A stretch of 64,000 bases of DNA from Mobula hypostoma (taxonomy: Eukaryota): positions 147,996,001-148,060,000 of the forward strand of contig NC_086097.1 in assembly GCF_963921235.1 (NCBI RefSeq), read 5' to 3'. Below, in pieces: positions 1-13,720 of the stretch. Position 1 is the stretch's first letter, and each line of letters starts with the position of its first letter. The position numbers and the translations under genes are program-made. The notes under the pieces were generated by a model that had not been told where the DNA came from, did no database searches, and saw only the letters and a program-made list of their open reading frames with translations.

Positions 1-1075
1 CTTTTCTTAATCAACTCCATTATGCCTTTGCTGCTTTGATATATTATCTAATGCAAGATTTTATAATTTTTTTAGTTCATTTTGGACATCACAGGGAGGT
101 ACATTGCAAGATTTATCACCTGAAAGATGAATTGTAATGGAGAAAATCAGCAACGTCTTATCCAGAAAATTTGCAGTACAATTGACTGCTTACCCCACTC
201 CTGAAAATTTGAATCACATTTTGCAAGGAACAGAGTTGCCCATTAAATCAAGTCTGTTGTCATTCAGGAGGATCATGGCTAATTTACACCTGGACTCCCT
301 TAAATCTGTATTCCTTGAAAATGTTAACCTAAGATTGAACTTGGTATTCTCTGGTCTTAAATTTTTCAATTAGCTCATCATCAATAGGAAAGAAATCAAG
401 ATTTTCACTGCCTATTATTTCCAGTTGTGGTACTGAAACTAACTTGTAAGCGGCCCAACTGGATTTTTCACTTAGCTAATTGTTTTTGCTTGAAACCTAT
501 GGCTCTAGGATTACTCATTTTTATCTTTTTTTCCAATACGTGATGAGTAAATATTTTAATGAACTACCTGTGTGTTCTATAGAATATTGTGGAAGTAGAA
601 TTTTCATTTTCAGAGTTCATGTAACATTGGTCTTCTACAGTTATATATCACAACGATGCAGTGGGTCACCAAAGCAGATGGAAAGAATTCAATGATCCTA
701 GAACATTTTAAAGCACCATTACTGATATGCACTTAAGTCGATTAAAGCTGTGTTCAATATTCTGTAATACCAAATTGATTGATAGCATAGCCCCAGTCTA
801 TGTATATTCTAGTAAACAGATTACAGTAAGTACTAGCATTTGTTGGTAGATAATGTATCTATGCAGATGGTCAATAAAAATTGTAACTTTCAAATTTCAA
901 GGGACATTGTACACTTGAAGAGAGCTGGGGGATTGTTGAAAATGTGAACAGGCACTTGAAAATAAATCAGTTGGTCATGTGTAGATTGCTGTTTATTTTT
1001 TATTCTGTTTCATTTATCAGAAATATGGATGCGTAGCGCATGGAAGTTCAAAGCTATTTTCTGTTTGTATTTTAG

Positions 1076-1207
1076 ATGCCTGTTTGTTCTTACTACCTCA
1101 AAGGAATCTGCAGCAGCAATAACTGTCCTTATAGCCATGTGTATGTGTCAAGGAAGGCAGAAGTTTGCCAAGATTTCCTGAAAGGATACTGTCCACTAGG
1201 AGCAAAG
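1076..1207 (+). CDS. ZC3H3: ZC3H3 internal coding exon (one complete CCCH finger and the first half of the next)
   Basis: Acceptor tttgtattttag ends at 1075; donor AAG|GTACAT at 1207/1208. 132 nt translate to MPVCSYYLKGICSSNNCPYSHVYVSRKAEVCQDFLKGYCPLGAK, which I recognise as nearly identical to vertebrate ZC3H3 (MPVCSYFLKGICSNSNCPYSHVYVSRKAEVCSDFLKGYCPLGAK). Too short for the ORF track. Confidence 0.95.
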
Positions 1208-3064
1208 GTACATAAAAGTGAACAGAAAAAAAAGTTCATTTGTTAGTACTAACCAGTTACTAAAAGTTTTCATTTGGCTGTGATAAGACACTTCTTTAAA
1301 ATATTTGTGTTTTGTGTCTTTCTTTCTGCAGTGTTGTGGGAAGATAATGCTACTTTTTCTTATAGCATACTAACGTCCTTTCTGTTGTGCTTGGTTGAAA
1401 AAGGTACCTTGTAGTTCCATCAGTCAAATGAGGAAACCTCATATTTTCTTTGGATCAATAGAAGTGTGGACATATTTTAAGTACTATGTGGTTGTAGAAA
1501 GAAGTAGAAGATCTTCTGGTGTTGCATTATTACACTGCACCAGGGTTATAGATTTTCGTAGAATGATAAACCACATTTGCCTCAACAACCTGTTCCCTTC
1601 TTTGATAACCATGACCTGATTGCATGCGGAGTGGTGGTGCTGTCTTGCCAAAGATAATGGTCAATGTTTGGAACAGGAAGGTCTTCAAGCAATAAGAGAA
1701 AATAAGACAATGGTAACATGGAAAACTGAATCAAGTGAGGGGGTGACTGACAAGCAAAGTGTAACTGGCTTGAGCATAAAATGTGAACAAAAATGTGCAG
1801 AAGCAGATAAATCCAGAGCTAATATAAACCGTAAAGAAAAAGCAAGCTTTTCTTTGAATGCATGTGACATTGGCAGTAAGATAGGTGAGTTGAGAGCACA
1901 GATAGCAAAACAAGTATGATCTAATATCTATTCACAGAGACGTGTTCATAGGGTGATCAGAACAGGATGCTCAATATTCCTGATTATACAGTGTTCCAAA
2001 AGGGGAAAAAATTTTTGTTAATCAAGAAACACATGAGAGTGGTATTGCATTCTGATAGAGGTGATGAATGGTAATGTTAAATTAGACTGGTAGGAGTAAG
2101 AAGATCTGGGTGGGAGTAATGCGTAAGCCCCCAAAATGTGACCTTTCAAGACAGCAGGGTTTGTATGGGAAATATCTAGGAATTGTTTGAAGGAAATTAT
2201 ATTTAATATAGGAGATTTTAATCTATGTATTGATTAGATGAACCAAATTGGCAAGGGTATCATAGAAGAAGAATTTGTTGAGTGCATCACGATTGCTTCT
2301 TATAACATTATCTTATGAAACCTACCTGGGAAAAGGCTATTTTCGATTTAGTCATGAGTAATGAGGAAGGATTAATATGAGATCTTGTGGTTAAAGATTC
2401 TCTTGGGAGTAGTGATCACAATATGGTAGAATTCCACAAGAACAAAACCAATGTCTTTAGTTTAAGTAAGGGCAGTTGTGATGGTATGAAGGTGGATTTG
2501 GAAAATAAACAAGTCAGTAAATAAATAGTGGTAGATACTTAACCAGCGGGTCCAGCAGGAATTTATCCCAATTAGTTAGAATATTCCATGAGAAAGAGGC
2601 ATTGTCAGTGGTTAACAATGGAGATCAAGGATAATATTAAACTGAACAATAAGGCAGACAAAGTGGCAGGGTCTAGGAAAATCTTAGGATCCAACTACAA
2701 AAGATTTTTAAAAATAAGAAGGAAGAAAATTGGTTTGGCAGAGAACTTGGATACAATCTCAAGGCAAACTGTAAGTGTCTCTAAGAATCCTCAAATTAAA
2801 GAGCAGGGACTTCCTTCAGCCATTCTGTTCAACCTCCACAACTCTAATTACTACCTCAGTATTGTAACAGAATGCATTATGACCACTTGGCACGACAATG
2901 GACTGTGTGTGTGTGTGTTTTGGTATAATTGTGTTATTTCTTGTAAAAAGATGTGTACAGTTTTTTCCCTATGGATGTTATGTATCTGATGCTATGTGTA
3001 TGTGATGCTGCTGCAAGTAATATTTGTACTTGTGAAAATGTGCTTTTGCATGAGCATAAACTTA

Positions 3065-3373
3065 AGAGTGCATAGCCAGCGCCTCTTTCCCAGGGCACCA
3101 CTGCTCAATACAAGAGGACGTGGCTTTAAGGTAAGGGGTGGGAAGTTCAAGGGGGATATTAGAGGAAGGTTTTTTACTCAGAGTGGTTGGTGCATGGAAT
3201 GCACTGCCTGAGTCAGTGGTGGAGGCAGATACACGAGTGAAGTTTAAGAGACAACGAGACAGGTATATGGAGGAATTTAAGGTGGGGGCTTATATGGGAG
3301 GCAGGGTTTGAGGGTCGGCACAACATTGTAGGCCGAAGGGCCTGTACTGTGCTGTACTATTCTATGTTCTATG
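3065..3373 (+). mobile_element. Young CR1 3' fragment
   Basis: RV.SQRLFPRAPLLNTRGRGFKVRGGKFKGDIRGRFFTQ followed by 3'UTR ending TTCTATGTTCTATG; same subfamily as 18038-20277 and 57673-58775. Confidence 0.9.
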
Positions 3374-4845
3374 TTGTCTTTGATATATAACTAGGAATAT
3401 GAGACCTATGTGAGGCCAGTGAATTAATAATAAGAAACAAAAAAAATGGCAACTATGTTAAATCAATTATTTGCATAAGTCTTTCACTGTGGAGGATCCT
3501 GGAAATATGGCCTAATTTCAAATAACTGAAAGGAACTTGTAAAAATCCTAATAAAGTGCCATTAACATGGGAGAAAAACTCACAGGACTGAAGGCAAATC
3601 AGTCATTAGGACCTGATGGCCTGCACGCAAGGGCTTGAAAGGAAGTGCCTGCAGAGGTAGTTGACTCATTGGTTGAAATTTTCAAATCTTGCAAAATTGC
3701 AAGTGGGTACCAAAAGAGTGAAAACTACCAATATGATTCTCTTGTTCAAAAGGGGAGGAAGACAGGGAACTGTAGTTAATTATTTTAACCTCTATTGTTG
3801 ACAATATGCCTGAATCAATAATCAAATAGGCAATAACTAATCATTTTAGGAAAGTCAAATAAAATCAAATCAAGTCAACATAGTTTTATAAAAGGTAAAT
3901 CATTTTTGACAAATTTGCTCATGTTCTTTGAAGATGTGACAGGGAGAATTGATAGAAGATGCTTGTAGATGTGGTGCATTTACATCGCCAAAAGAAATTT
4001 GACAAAGTGCCACATATGATGCTGGTACATGATTTAAGAGCCAGTAGTGTTAAAGGAATGTGTTGGCATCAAATAAAAACTGGCTGTCACACAAAAAACA
4101 AAGAAATTGCATAAATGGAACCTTTTCAGGCTGGATGATGGCAACAAGTAGAGTACCACAGGGATTGGTTCTTTTGCTTTCAATTGTTTACCACCATAAC
4201 CTATGGGAGGAAACAAACTGTAACGTTTACAAGTTTGGCAGTGATATGAAAACAAATAGAAGATTGTGTTGTGATGAGGTCATTGTGATTCTACAATGGA
4301 ATGTAGTGAGGTTGAGAGTGAAGTCATCCATTTCAGTCAGGGGAATGCAAAACTGGATTATTATCAGAAGGATCTAGATGTTCTAGTGCTAACAAAAGGT
4401 TAGCAAGTAGATCCAGCAAGTAGTAGGAAAACTTGCATGAAGCATTGTTAGATGTAATTATGAAGGGGCTGATGTTTAAGGTTTTGTTACACTTGTACAA
4501 TGTTGGTGAGGTGCACACTTGGGTTACAATGCTCAGTTTTGGTCAACTTATCTAACATGTATGGTAGCATTGAAGACAGGTTAGAAAGATTAATGGAACT
4601 AATTCCTCGGATAAGAGGGATGTCATATCAAAGGAGACTAAGACAGTTTGGGTTTCTGTTTCTTGGAGTTTAGAAGCATGAGTAGAGAGCTTATTCAACC
4701 ATATAAGATCATAAAATGGCTGGACTGGATAGATATTATGATGTTCCCACTAGTGGGGCAGTCATCAGCAAGAGAATGTACATAGCTACAAAATAAGGTG
4801 GTGGTTATTTAAAGCAAAGATGCTTAGAAGTCTTTTGCTTCAGAG

Positions 4846-6014
4846 AAGGGGTCCCCAACCTTTTTTGCAGTGCAGACCGGTTTCATGTTGACAGTATTCT
4901 TGCGGACCAGCCGACCGGGGTGTGGGGGCGGGATGGTTGCCAACAGACAAGAGTGGCAGTCACATACGTTGCGTTTACCCAGAGAAAGACTACAATGACC
5001 ATGAAGCCTTGCGCGGGCACCAGTGCGCATGCGTGCACCTGCTGATTATTTTTCTACAAATTGATTTTGGCGATTCTGTTCGGGGGGGGGGTCGGGGGTG
5101 TCAATCACGACCGGAATATCGGTGATAAGTGGCTAATACACTCAATTTCGTTTCTAAAAGGCTTTATCTGACGAATTTAATGTTAAACACACAGCGCATA
5201 TTTTCCTCGCATGAATATAGTGATAAGTCAATTATCAGGGGAGCTTGAAGTAAGTGTTGAACGAACTTCCAGTAGAAGTGTCAGAAGCAGGTTTGATATT
5301 ATCATTTAAAGTTAAATTGGATAAGTATATGAACAGGAGGGTTATGGGCTGAGTGCAGGTCGGTGGGACGAGGTGAGAGTAGCGTTCGGCATGGACTAGA
5401 AGGGCAGAGATGACCTGTTTCCGTGCTGTAATTGTTATATGGTTATATAAGTCAATAGCATCATAACATTTTAAGTAACGTTTGGATATTAAACACAGCG
5501 CATATTTTCCCCGTATGAACATATAAAATCATTGCAACGCACCAATATCGCTGAATCAGTGGGAGCCCTGGTCTTGTTTCCCTGTAACAAGACGGTCCTA
5601 TCGAGGGGTGATGGGAGACAGCGATACTCAAAGGGGGGTTCTTTATGTCCAGTCTAATCCGCAATTTAGTTTTTGTTACATTCATCGCAGAGATATGTTG
5701 GAAATGGAAGCAACGTTTTCAGTGCTTTCATGACTGTCTCAGGATATTGAGCCTTGACTTTGATCCAGAATGCCGGCAGAGATGTTATGTCAAACAGACT
5801 TTTCAGCCCGCCATCATTTGCAAGCTCGAGGAGTTGATCTCCTTCCCGCGCTGACATGGACGATGCGCGCGTAGTGGCTCAACAGTGGGCGTGACAGGGA
5901 ATGAGGAAAGGTGCAGCTGACTCATATCGCCAAATAATATTGTTTCCTCGCGGCCCAGTAGCACATGCTCTGCGGCCCAGTACCGGTCCGCGGCCCGGTG
6001 GTTGGGGACCGCTG
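4846..6014. mobile_element. Non-autonomous hAT (Charlie/Buster-like) DNA transposon, copy 1
   Basis: TIRs (c/a)AGGGGTCCCCAACC...GGTTGGGGACCGCTG; 8-bp TSD CTTCAGAG at 4838-4845 and 6015-6022. Minus-strand transposase C-terminal remnant LLELANDGGLKSLFDITSLPAFWIKVKAQYPE..KALKTLLPFPTYLC / KTKLR.RLD. Confidence 0.92.
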
Positions 6015-6632
6015 CTTCAGAGGATAGTGAATCTCTAGAATTATTTGCGCTACATGTGGTGGAGACCACATCATTAGAAATATTTAAAGTGGTGATCGAT
6101 AAATTTTTCTAAGATCCAGGAATTGAAGGTTATGGGAAGCTGGCACAAAAGAGAAGCCAAGCCCTGCGTATATCAGCCACAACCATATTGAATGGGGTGG
6201 GGTTGGGATGCAGCCTTGAAGCATGATGTACTGTTTACTTTGTTGGGGAGTTCAGTGATATGGTCAAGGACAAGGTTCTGCAAGCAAATAACAAGAACTT
6301 GGGAATAAAATGACAATACAGAACCTTAAAAGTGGTAATCTTAGGATAACTACAAGTCTCAAGGGCAATTGGATATAAAAGTAGGAAGGTAACATAAATA
6401 AATGTGAGATTGAAAATGTGATGGAAGAGGGCATGACATCTCTGAGGCAAGACACTTGGGACAAATCTGGAGATGGTGGAACTTGGCACAAGTAGGTTGG
6501 AAAAATCAACAAGCCAGGAAACATCCCTGCGGGGAAGCTGTCTCAGTGCATTAAGGGAATTTGTCTTTAAAGAGTGAGAGGTAGAATTTATGTGAAAAGA
6601 AGGATGAAAGTTGGAAGATTGAACATGGAATA

Positions 6633-6735
6633 CGGTACTGTGCAAAAGTCTTGGGCACATATATCAGAATCAGGTTTATTATCACCGGCATGTGACGTAT
6701 ATAGCTCAGGTGCCCAAGACATTTGCACAGTACTG
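6633..6735. mobile_element. Tc1/mariner-type MITE (103 bp)
   Basis: 26-bp TIRs CGGTACTGTGCAAAAGTCTTGGGCAC / GTGCCCAAGACATTTGCACAGTACTG flanked by TA on both sides. Confidence 0.85.
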
Positions 6736-6991
6736 TATTTGACAATGTGGAGCTGAGAGCAAGTTTGTAAACCTGGCGGGAGCAAAGAATATTGGGAATG
6801 GCAAAGGTGGAGGCGCTGTGGGAGGTATGTGGGACAGGTGGCAGAGGAGTACCAGGAGCGGGGTGGAGTGGGTGCAGACAAACCCAGCCCTGAGACACCA
6901 AGCAAGGTCATTTGATTCCAAACAATTGATGTCTTGATCATTACAAAATGTCTCCCTGGTGCTTCCTGCCCTCTCCCTTCCCCTTTTTCCA

Positions 6992-8253
6992 ACCATAGAA
7001 AAACTACAGCACAGAAACAGGCCTTTTGGCCCTTCTTGGCTGTGCCGAACTATTTTCTGCCTAGTCCCACTGACCTGCACACGGACTATATCCCTCCATA
7101 CACCTCCCATCCATGTATCTGTCCCAGTTTATTCTTAAATGTTAAAAAAGAACCGCATTTACCACCTCGTCTGGCAGCTCATTCCATACTCCCACCACTC
7201 TCTGTGTGAAGAAGCCCCCCCCCCATGTTCTCTTTAAACTTTTCCCCCCTCACCCTGAACCCATGTCCTCTGGTTTTTTTTCTCCCTTTCCTCAGTGGAA
7301 AGTGCCTGCTTGCATTCACTCTATCTATACCCATCATAATTTTATATACCTCTATCAAATCTCCCCTCATTCTTCTACGCTCCAGGGAATAAAGTCCTAA
7401 CCTATTCAACCTTTCTCTGTAACTGAGTTTCTCAGGTCCTGGCAACATCCTTGTAAACCTTCTCTGCACTCTTTCAACCTTATTTATATCCTTCCTGTAA
7501 TTTGGTGACCAAAACTGAACACAATACTCCAGATTCAGCCTCACCAATGCCTTATACAACCTCATCATAAGATTCCAGCTCTTATACTCAATACTTTGAT
7601 TAATAAAGGCCACTGTATCAAAAGCTCTCTTTATGACCCTATCTACCTGTGACGCCACTTTTAGGGAATTTTGTATCTGTATTCCCAGATCTCTCTGTTC
7701 TACTGCACTCCTCAGTGCCTTACCATTTACCCTGTATGTTCTACCTTGGCTTGTCCTTCCAAAGTGCAATACCTCACACTTGTCTGTATTAAGCTCTATC
7801 TGCCATTTTTCAGCACGTTCTTCCAGCTGGTCCAAGTCTCTCAGCAGGCTCTGAAAACCTTCCCCACTATCCACTACACCTCCAATCTTTGTATGATCAG
7901 CAAATTTGCTGATCCAATTTACCACATTATCATCCAGATCATTGATATAGATGACAAATAACAAGGGACCCAGCACTGATCCCTTGGCACACCACTAGTC
8001 ACAGGCCTCCACTCTGAGAAGCAATTTTCTACTACCACTCTTTGGCTTCTTCCATTGAGCCAATGTCTAATCCAATTTACCACCTCTCCATGTATACCTA
8101 GCGACTGAATTTTCTTAACTAACCTCCCATGCGGGACCTTGTCAAAGGCCTTACTGAAGTCCATGTAGACAACATCCACTGCCTTCCCTTCATCCACTTT
8201 CCTGGTAACCTCTTTGGAAAAGCTCCAATAGATTGGTCAAACATGACCTACCA
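6992..8253 (-). mobile_element. 5'-truncated CR1 LINE (RT C-terminal half and 3'UTR)
   Basis: ORFs 7919..8197 and 7179..7976: VDVVYMDFSKAFDKVPH, GVP/ (frameshift), FVIYINDLD, KFADHTK, LEYCVQFWSP. Confidence 0.95.
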
Positions 8254-9065
8254 CTAGTTTGTTAGAGAGAGCTCTAACAAACTAGTAGTCTGCAGAATGA
8301 TGCTAAGTAGTGTACCACTGTACCTCAATGTTAGCTGGATAGAACAGAGGAGCATTAGAGGAACAGAATTCTTGAAATTCATTCTATAAGGAAAGAATAA
8401 GGGATCAAACCAAAAATATTCCCAACTAATGAAAAGGGGGAGCAAACATATCTAGGCTGTCATGGATGTTGAGAAACATAAAAGATAGAACAAAGTATAA
8501 AAGGACAATGCATGATTTAAAGCAATAGGTCATCATCACAATCACTTCCACAAGAGCAGTGACCATACCTGATGAGTACTTGGAGAGCTCCTGAAGTTAT
8601 AAAATGTGCTTTATAAATCCTTCCTTTGGTGCCCAATGTTTAAAGAGAAGGAAATTGCATAATTTTATCACATGAATAGAAAAATCTGTGTGTGTGTGTG
8701 TTCAGATCTTACTATCATGCACAGTGACATGCAGATGCTGACTATTGTTTTTATAGCTATCCTGTAAAAATAGTGGGATGGGTAGAAAAATGTCTTGTCT
8801 GCTCTCAAGAAGATTAAAACTTTTCGATAAATATATATACAAAGTGATGATCTTGTAAATATTTTCCCAAAGAGACTGAATGCCACTCTGGGACTTCAGA
8901 GGGTTAAATAAAATTCTCTAAATAACACCAAAAGTGCTGACTGTTGTTGCTGACATAACTGCTGTAGAAAGCCCCAGAGAATTAACAGAATTTTGTGAAT
9001 CAAGTGAAAATGATTAATTGTCTGATTCCATTAAAAAATACTCACAAAATACTCATTGTGATGTT

Positions 9066-10350
9066 ATAGACAATAGGTGCAGGAGTAGGCCATTCGGCTC
9101 TTCGAGCCAGCACCGCCATTCACTGTGATCATGGCTGATCATCCACACTCAGTATCCAGTTCCTGCCTTATCCCCATAACCTTTGATTCTGCTATCTTTA
9201 AGAGCTCTATCCATCTCTTTCTTGAAAGCATCCAGAGACTTGGCCTACCACTAATTCTTAAACTGTGGCCTCTGGTTCTGGACTCACCCATCAGCGGGAA
9301 CATGCTTCCTGCCTCCAGCGTGTCCAATCCCTTCATAATCTTATATGTTTCAATAAGATCCCCTCTCAGCCTTCTAAATTCCAGAGTATACAAGGCCAGT
9401 CGCTCCAATCTTTCGACATATGACAGTCCCACCATCCCGGGAATTAACCTTGTGAACCTACGCTGCATTACCTCAATAGCAAGAATGTCCTTCCTCAAAT
9501 TTGGAGACCAAAACTGCACACAGTACTCCAGGTGTGGTCTCACCAGGGCCCTGTACAGCTGCAGAAGGACCTCTTTGCTCTTATACTCAATTCCCCTTGT
9601 CATGAAGGCCAGCATGCCATTAGCTTTCTTCACTGTCTGCTGACTTGCATGCTTGCTTTCAGTGACTGATGTACAAGAACACCTAGATCTCATTGTACTT
9701 CCCCTTTTCCTAATCTGACTCCATTTAGATAATAATCTACCTTCCTGTTCTTACCACCAAAGTGGATAACCTCACATTTATCCACATTAAACTGCACCTG
9801 CCATGAATCTGCCCACCTACTCAGGCTGTCCAAGTCACCCTGCATTCTCATTACGTCCTCCTCACATTTCACACTGCCACCCAGCTTTGTGTCATCGGCA
9901 AATTTGCTAATGTTACTTTTAATTTCCTCATCTAAATCATTAATATATATTGTAAATAGCTGCGGTCCCAGCACTGAACCCTGCGGTAGCCCACTGGTCA
10001 CCGCCTGCCATTCTGAAAGGGACCCGTTAATCGCTACTCTTTGTTTTCTGTCAGCCAGCCAATTTTCAATCCATGTCAGTACTCTGCCCTCAATACCATG
10101 TGCCCCAATTTTGCCCACTAATCTCCTATGTGGGACTTTATCAAAGGCTTTCTGAAAGTCCAGGTACAATACATCCACAGGCTCTCCCTTGTCCATTTTC
10201 ATAGTTACATCCTCAAAAAATTCCAGAAGATTAGTCAAGCACGATTTCCCCTTCGTAAATCCATGCTGACTCGAACCGATCCTGTTACTGCTATCCAGAT
10301 GTGTCAAAATTTCATCTTTTATAATTGACTCCAGCATCTTTCCCACCACC
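9066..10350 (-). mobile_element. 5'-truncated CR1 LINE with an internal deletion near the 3' end
   Basis: ORFs 9690..10349 and 9139..9693: [41 protein letters not shown]. Confidence 0.95.
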
Positions 10351-10837
10351 CAATGGGTGTTACATGTTTTTTTTTTCCAAATCTTATGTTACTTTTCTAT
10401 TTTCTTTGAATCACTGGTTGACTTGTTTGCACCTTTAAACTGCTAATGAGGTACCACGTCATTGAGTAGCCTAGGCATTGCAGGACACCAGCAAGTTCAT
10501 TGTTTGTTTCTCTCCTCCATCTCAGAATTCTCGATTTTCCCCCTGGGTGTATTGATTTCCCTTTTCAGTTGTGACCTGCTGTGTGTGTTACAAAGGGGAA
10601 ATGTTGCTACTCTTTAACGGTAGTTTTTCAGCAATTCCTTCAAGCACAGGACTGTTCTCCAGTGCTCTTATGCCTCTGTATTTATTTGAGGTGAACCATA
10701 TTCATCTTAATATTTTGCCATGATTCAGATGTTGGCAGTTTTGCAGGCACTAATTGCCCCCAATAGATGGATTCATCAGGGACTAGGCTTGACTGCTTGC
10801 AGTATCCCTTCAGTTTTTGATTTGACTTTAATTTGCA

Positions 10838-12170
10838 GAGATATTTGCTTCATCTTTAGCCATATGTGAAGTTCTGGAAAACTGGAAGATGAATAATATT
10901 GTACCCTTATTCAGGAAGGGCAGCATAGACAAGCCAGGAAGCTCCAAGCCTGCGAATCTGGCATCAGTAGTGGATAAGTTACTGGAGGATATTATGAAGC
11001 ACAGGAATTATCAACATTTGGATAGATAAGGTCTAATTAACGTGGCATTATGCAAAGGAAATTGCATCTAACAAATTTCTTATTTATTTTTTGACAAGGT
11101 AACAGAGATGGTAGGGCATTGGAGATTATCATCTATGGTCTTTAGCAAAGCTTTTGATGAGGTCCAATGTGGTAAGCTAGTCTGGAAGCTTAGATTGCAT
11201 AGAGTCCAGGTAAAGATAACTAATTGGATTTATAATTGCCTTGACAGTAAGAAGCAGAGAGTGATAGTCAAAGGTTGTTGCTTGAACTGGAGGCCTGTGA
11301 TTGGTATGCCACAGAGGTCAGTACTGGGGACCTTTGATGTTCATTATTTGTATAAATGATTTGGATGTGAATGCAGAAGGCACAGTTAGTAAGTATGCAA
11401 ATGAAACTAAAAGAGGTGTTAAAGTGTGGAGTGAAGAAGGTATTGAAAATTGATCAGCTAAGTATGTGGGCTGAGAACCGGTATATGGCTTTTACTTCAG
11501 ATAAGTGTTGCATTTTGGGAAGTCAAGCCAGGGTAGACCTTGTACAGTGAATGGTCAGGATGGTAAAACAGCTATTTGGCATACTGCCCTTCATCAGTGA
11601 GGGTTCTGAGTTTAGGAGTTCGAACATAATGTTGCAGTTGTACAAGATATTGGTGAGACCACAGTTGGGGTCTTGTGTATAACTTTGGTTACCCCTTTTA
11701 TAGGAAAGATATCATTAAACTGGAAAGACTGCAGAGATTTTTGAGCTTGCTGTCAGGACTCAAGGCCCTAAGCTATAGGGAAAGGTTGGGCTGGCTGGGA
11801 CTTCATTCCTTAGAATGTAGGATATTGAAGGATGATCTTAGATGTGTATAAAATTATGAGGGGTGTAGGTGAACACAAATAGTCTTTTTCCTAGGAAAAG
11901 GGAACTCAAGACTAGAGGGCATAGGTTTAAGGCGAGACGTGAAAGATTTAAACCGGAACTGAGGAAGCATGCAGAAGCATGTACATGGAATGAGCTATCA
12001 GAGGAAGTGATTGTGGCAGGGAAAATAACAACATTTAAAAGACATTTGGATAAGTACATGGACAGAAGGAATTTAGAGCGATATGGGCCAAACATAGACA
12101 AATGGAACGAACTTGATGGGCACCAGGGTCAGCATGGATGAGATGTCTCCATGCTGACTTACCCTGTGAC
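10838..12170 (+). mobile_element. Decayed CR1 LINE RT region and 3' end
   Basis: FSKAFDEV..GKLVWKL, GMPQRSVLG, TRGHRFK, WNELSEEVIVAGKITTFKRHLDKYM, with many stops. Confidence 0.85.
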
Positions 12171-12752
12171 TGTTAAAATGATTATCCTTATCAACTGATG
12201 GGATCTGTATTGATGGCATGTAAAACTAAATTTTTCATGTGGCCATATTAAACCAATTCTATTTGTAGGTAGATTGGGTCCAATAATATATAAGCACCTT
12301 ATCTGACTCAGGCTCGAGATTCAAACTCCATATCTAAGTATCAATATTGTCTTATCCTACCTCTGTGATGTGATCTGCATCAGTTCCTGCTTTACTCTTC
12401 CTATTACAACCTATACTGATGTTCCAGCTAAGTGCCTTATAGTTTCATTTACATATATCTACATTTTTTCCATATGTATCTTGGGTTATGCTTTTAATCT
12501 GATGATTTTTCCTGTATTTTCTTTAAGTCATACTTAACAATGTCAAAGAATGAATATAGATGTGATTCCCTCTTTATGCCTCAGCAAAGAACTTGGAAAG
12601 AAAGTATTGCTTTGTATATATAGTTAACCAGTTTGGCATGCAGACACATAGGTAAAACACGAGCCTCCCCAAAAATTGTATCATTAATTCTCAGAGCTGT
12701 AGAGGAAGCTGCTTGATCCTGCTGATGTTAAACCATGCTTTATTACCATCTC

Positions 12753-13061
12753 GTGTGGGCTCGTGGCCAAGTGGTTAAGGCATTGGACTAGCAACCTGAA
12801 GGTCGTGAGTTCGAGCCCCAGCTGAGGCAGCATGTTGTGTCCTTGAGCAAGGCACTTAATCACACATTGCTCTGCGACGACACTGGTGCCAAGCTGTATG
12901 GGTCCTAATGCCCTTCCCTTGGACAACATTGGTGTCGTGAAGAGGGGAGACTTGCAGCATGGGCAACTGCTGGTCATCCATACAACCTTGCCCAGGCCTG
13001 CGCCCTGGAGAGTGAAGACTTTCCAGGCGCAGATGCATGGCCTCGCAAGACTAACAGATAC
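12753..13061 (+). mobile_element. tRNA-derived SINE
   Basis: A box TGGCCAAGTGG and B box GAGTTCGAGCC in a tRNA-like head, then a CORE-like GTGTCCTTGAGCAAGGCACTTAA. 15-bp TSD with 2 mismatches (ctttattaccatctc 12738-12752 / ctttatcactatctc 13062-13076). Confidence 0.85.
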
Positions 13062-13720
13062 CTTTATCACTATCTCATATTTTATTGGCATTTTTTGGTC
13101 AGAAGTTGGATGAATGATTTTGTCCTATTAAAAGAAATAAGTATTTCAGTTTTCTTCATCTTGAACATGGCTTCAGAGATTGTTCTATTTTCCAAAATCC
13201 TTTTCAAAAATGCATCTTACAGAGTCTTACATATCCTATGCGGCCCCAAAGTGCTGCATATTATTTTTGAGGCGTATTCACTGATTTCATTCTACCAAAC
13301 GTATAAATTAATTGAAAAGTGAAATACTTCAGATGCTGAAAACCTCAAATAAAGAAATTCTGGAGATGCACATTAGCTCAGGCAGCATCTATGGAAGCAG
13401 AATCTTTCAGATTGATCCTCTTTCTTCAAAACCTTAAAACTAAGTGTAAGAGAGCAACAAAGAATGCATACCTCAAATGAAATGTTAACCTCTTTCTAAT
13501 AAACTTAGGAATAGAACAGTTAAGAGAAAGTGTGGCTGGAGGTGTTCAGAGTCTTGAAAGGTTTGAACTGACTGAATAGAGTAAAACTAGTGCCACTGGC
13601 GGAAATGCGAGGCATCAAAAGGCGACATTAAAGTGACCTGCAAAATATAAAAGGTCACATGAAGAAAAATTTTTTGCACAATAGAAAGGTGGTGGAAGCA
13701 TATTAAATAATAATATCAAA

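Larger units (their letters stand above)
1790..6190 (+). mobile_element. Old, heavily decayed CR1 LINE ORF2 (APE endonuclease through RT and 3' end), interrupted by younger insertions
   Basis: Scattered motifs in broken frames: SLNA..IGSKIGELRAQI, GDFN, LGSSDH, GPDGLH, QHSFIKGKSFLTNL, GVPQGLVL. Interrupted by a LINE tail at about 2750-3060, a CR1 at 3065-3373 and a hAT at 4846-6014. Boundaries approximate. Confidence 0.7.

Noticed and set aside
12753..12830. Possible tRNA gene
   Set aside because: Continues into a SINE body and is flanked by a TSD; no proper acceptor stem or oligo-T terminator.
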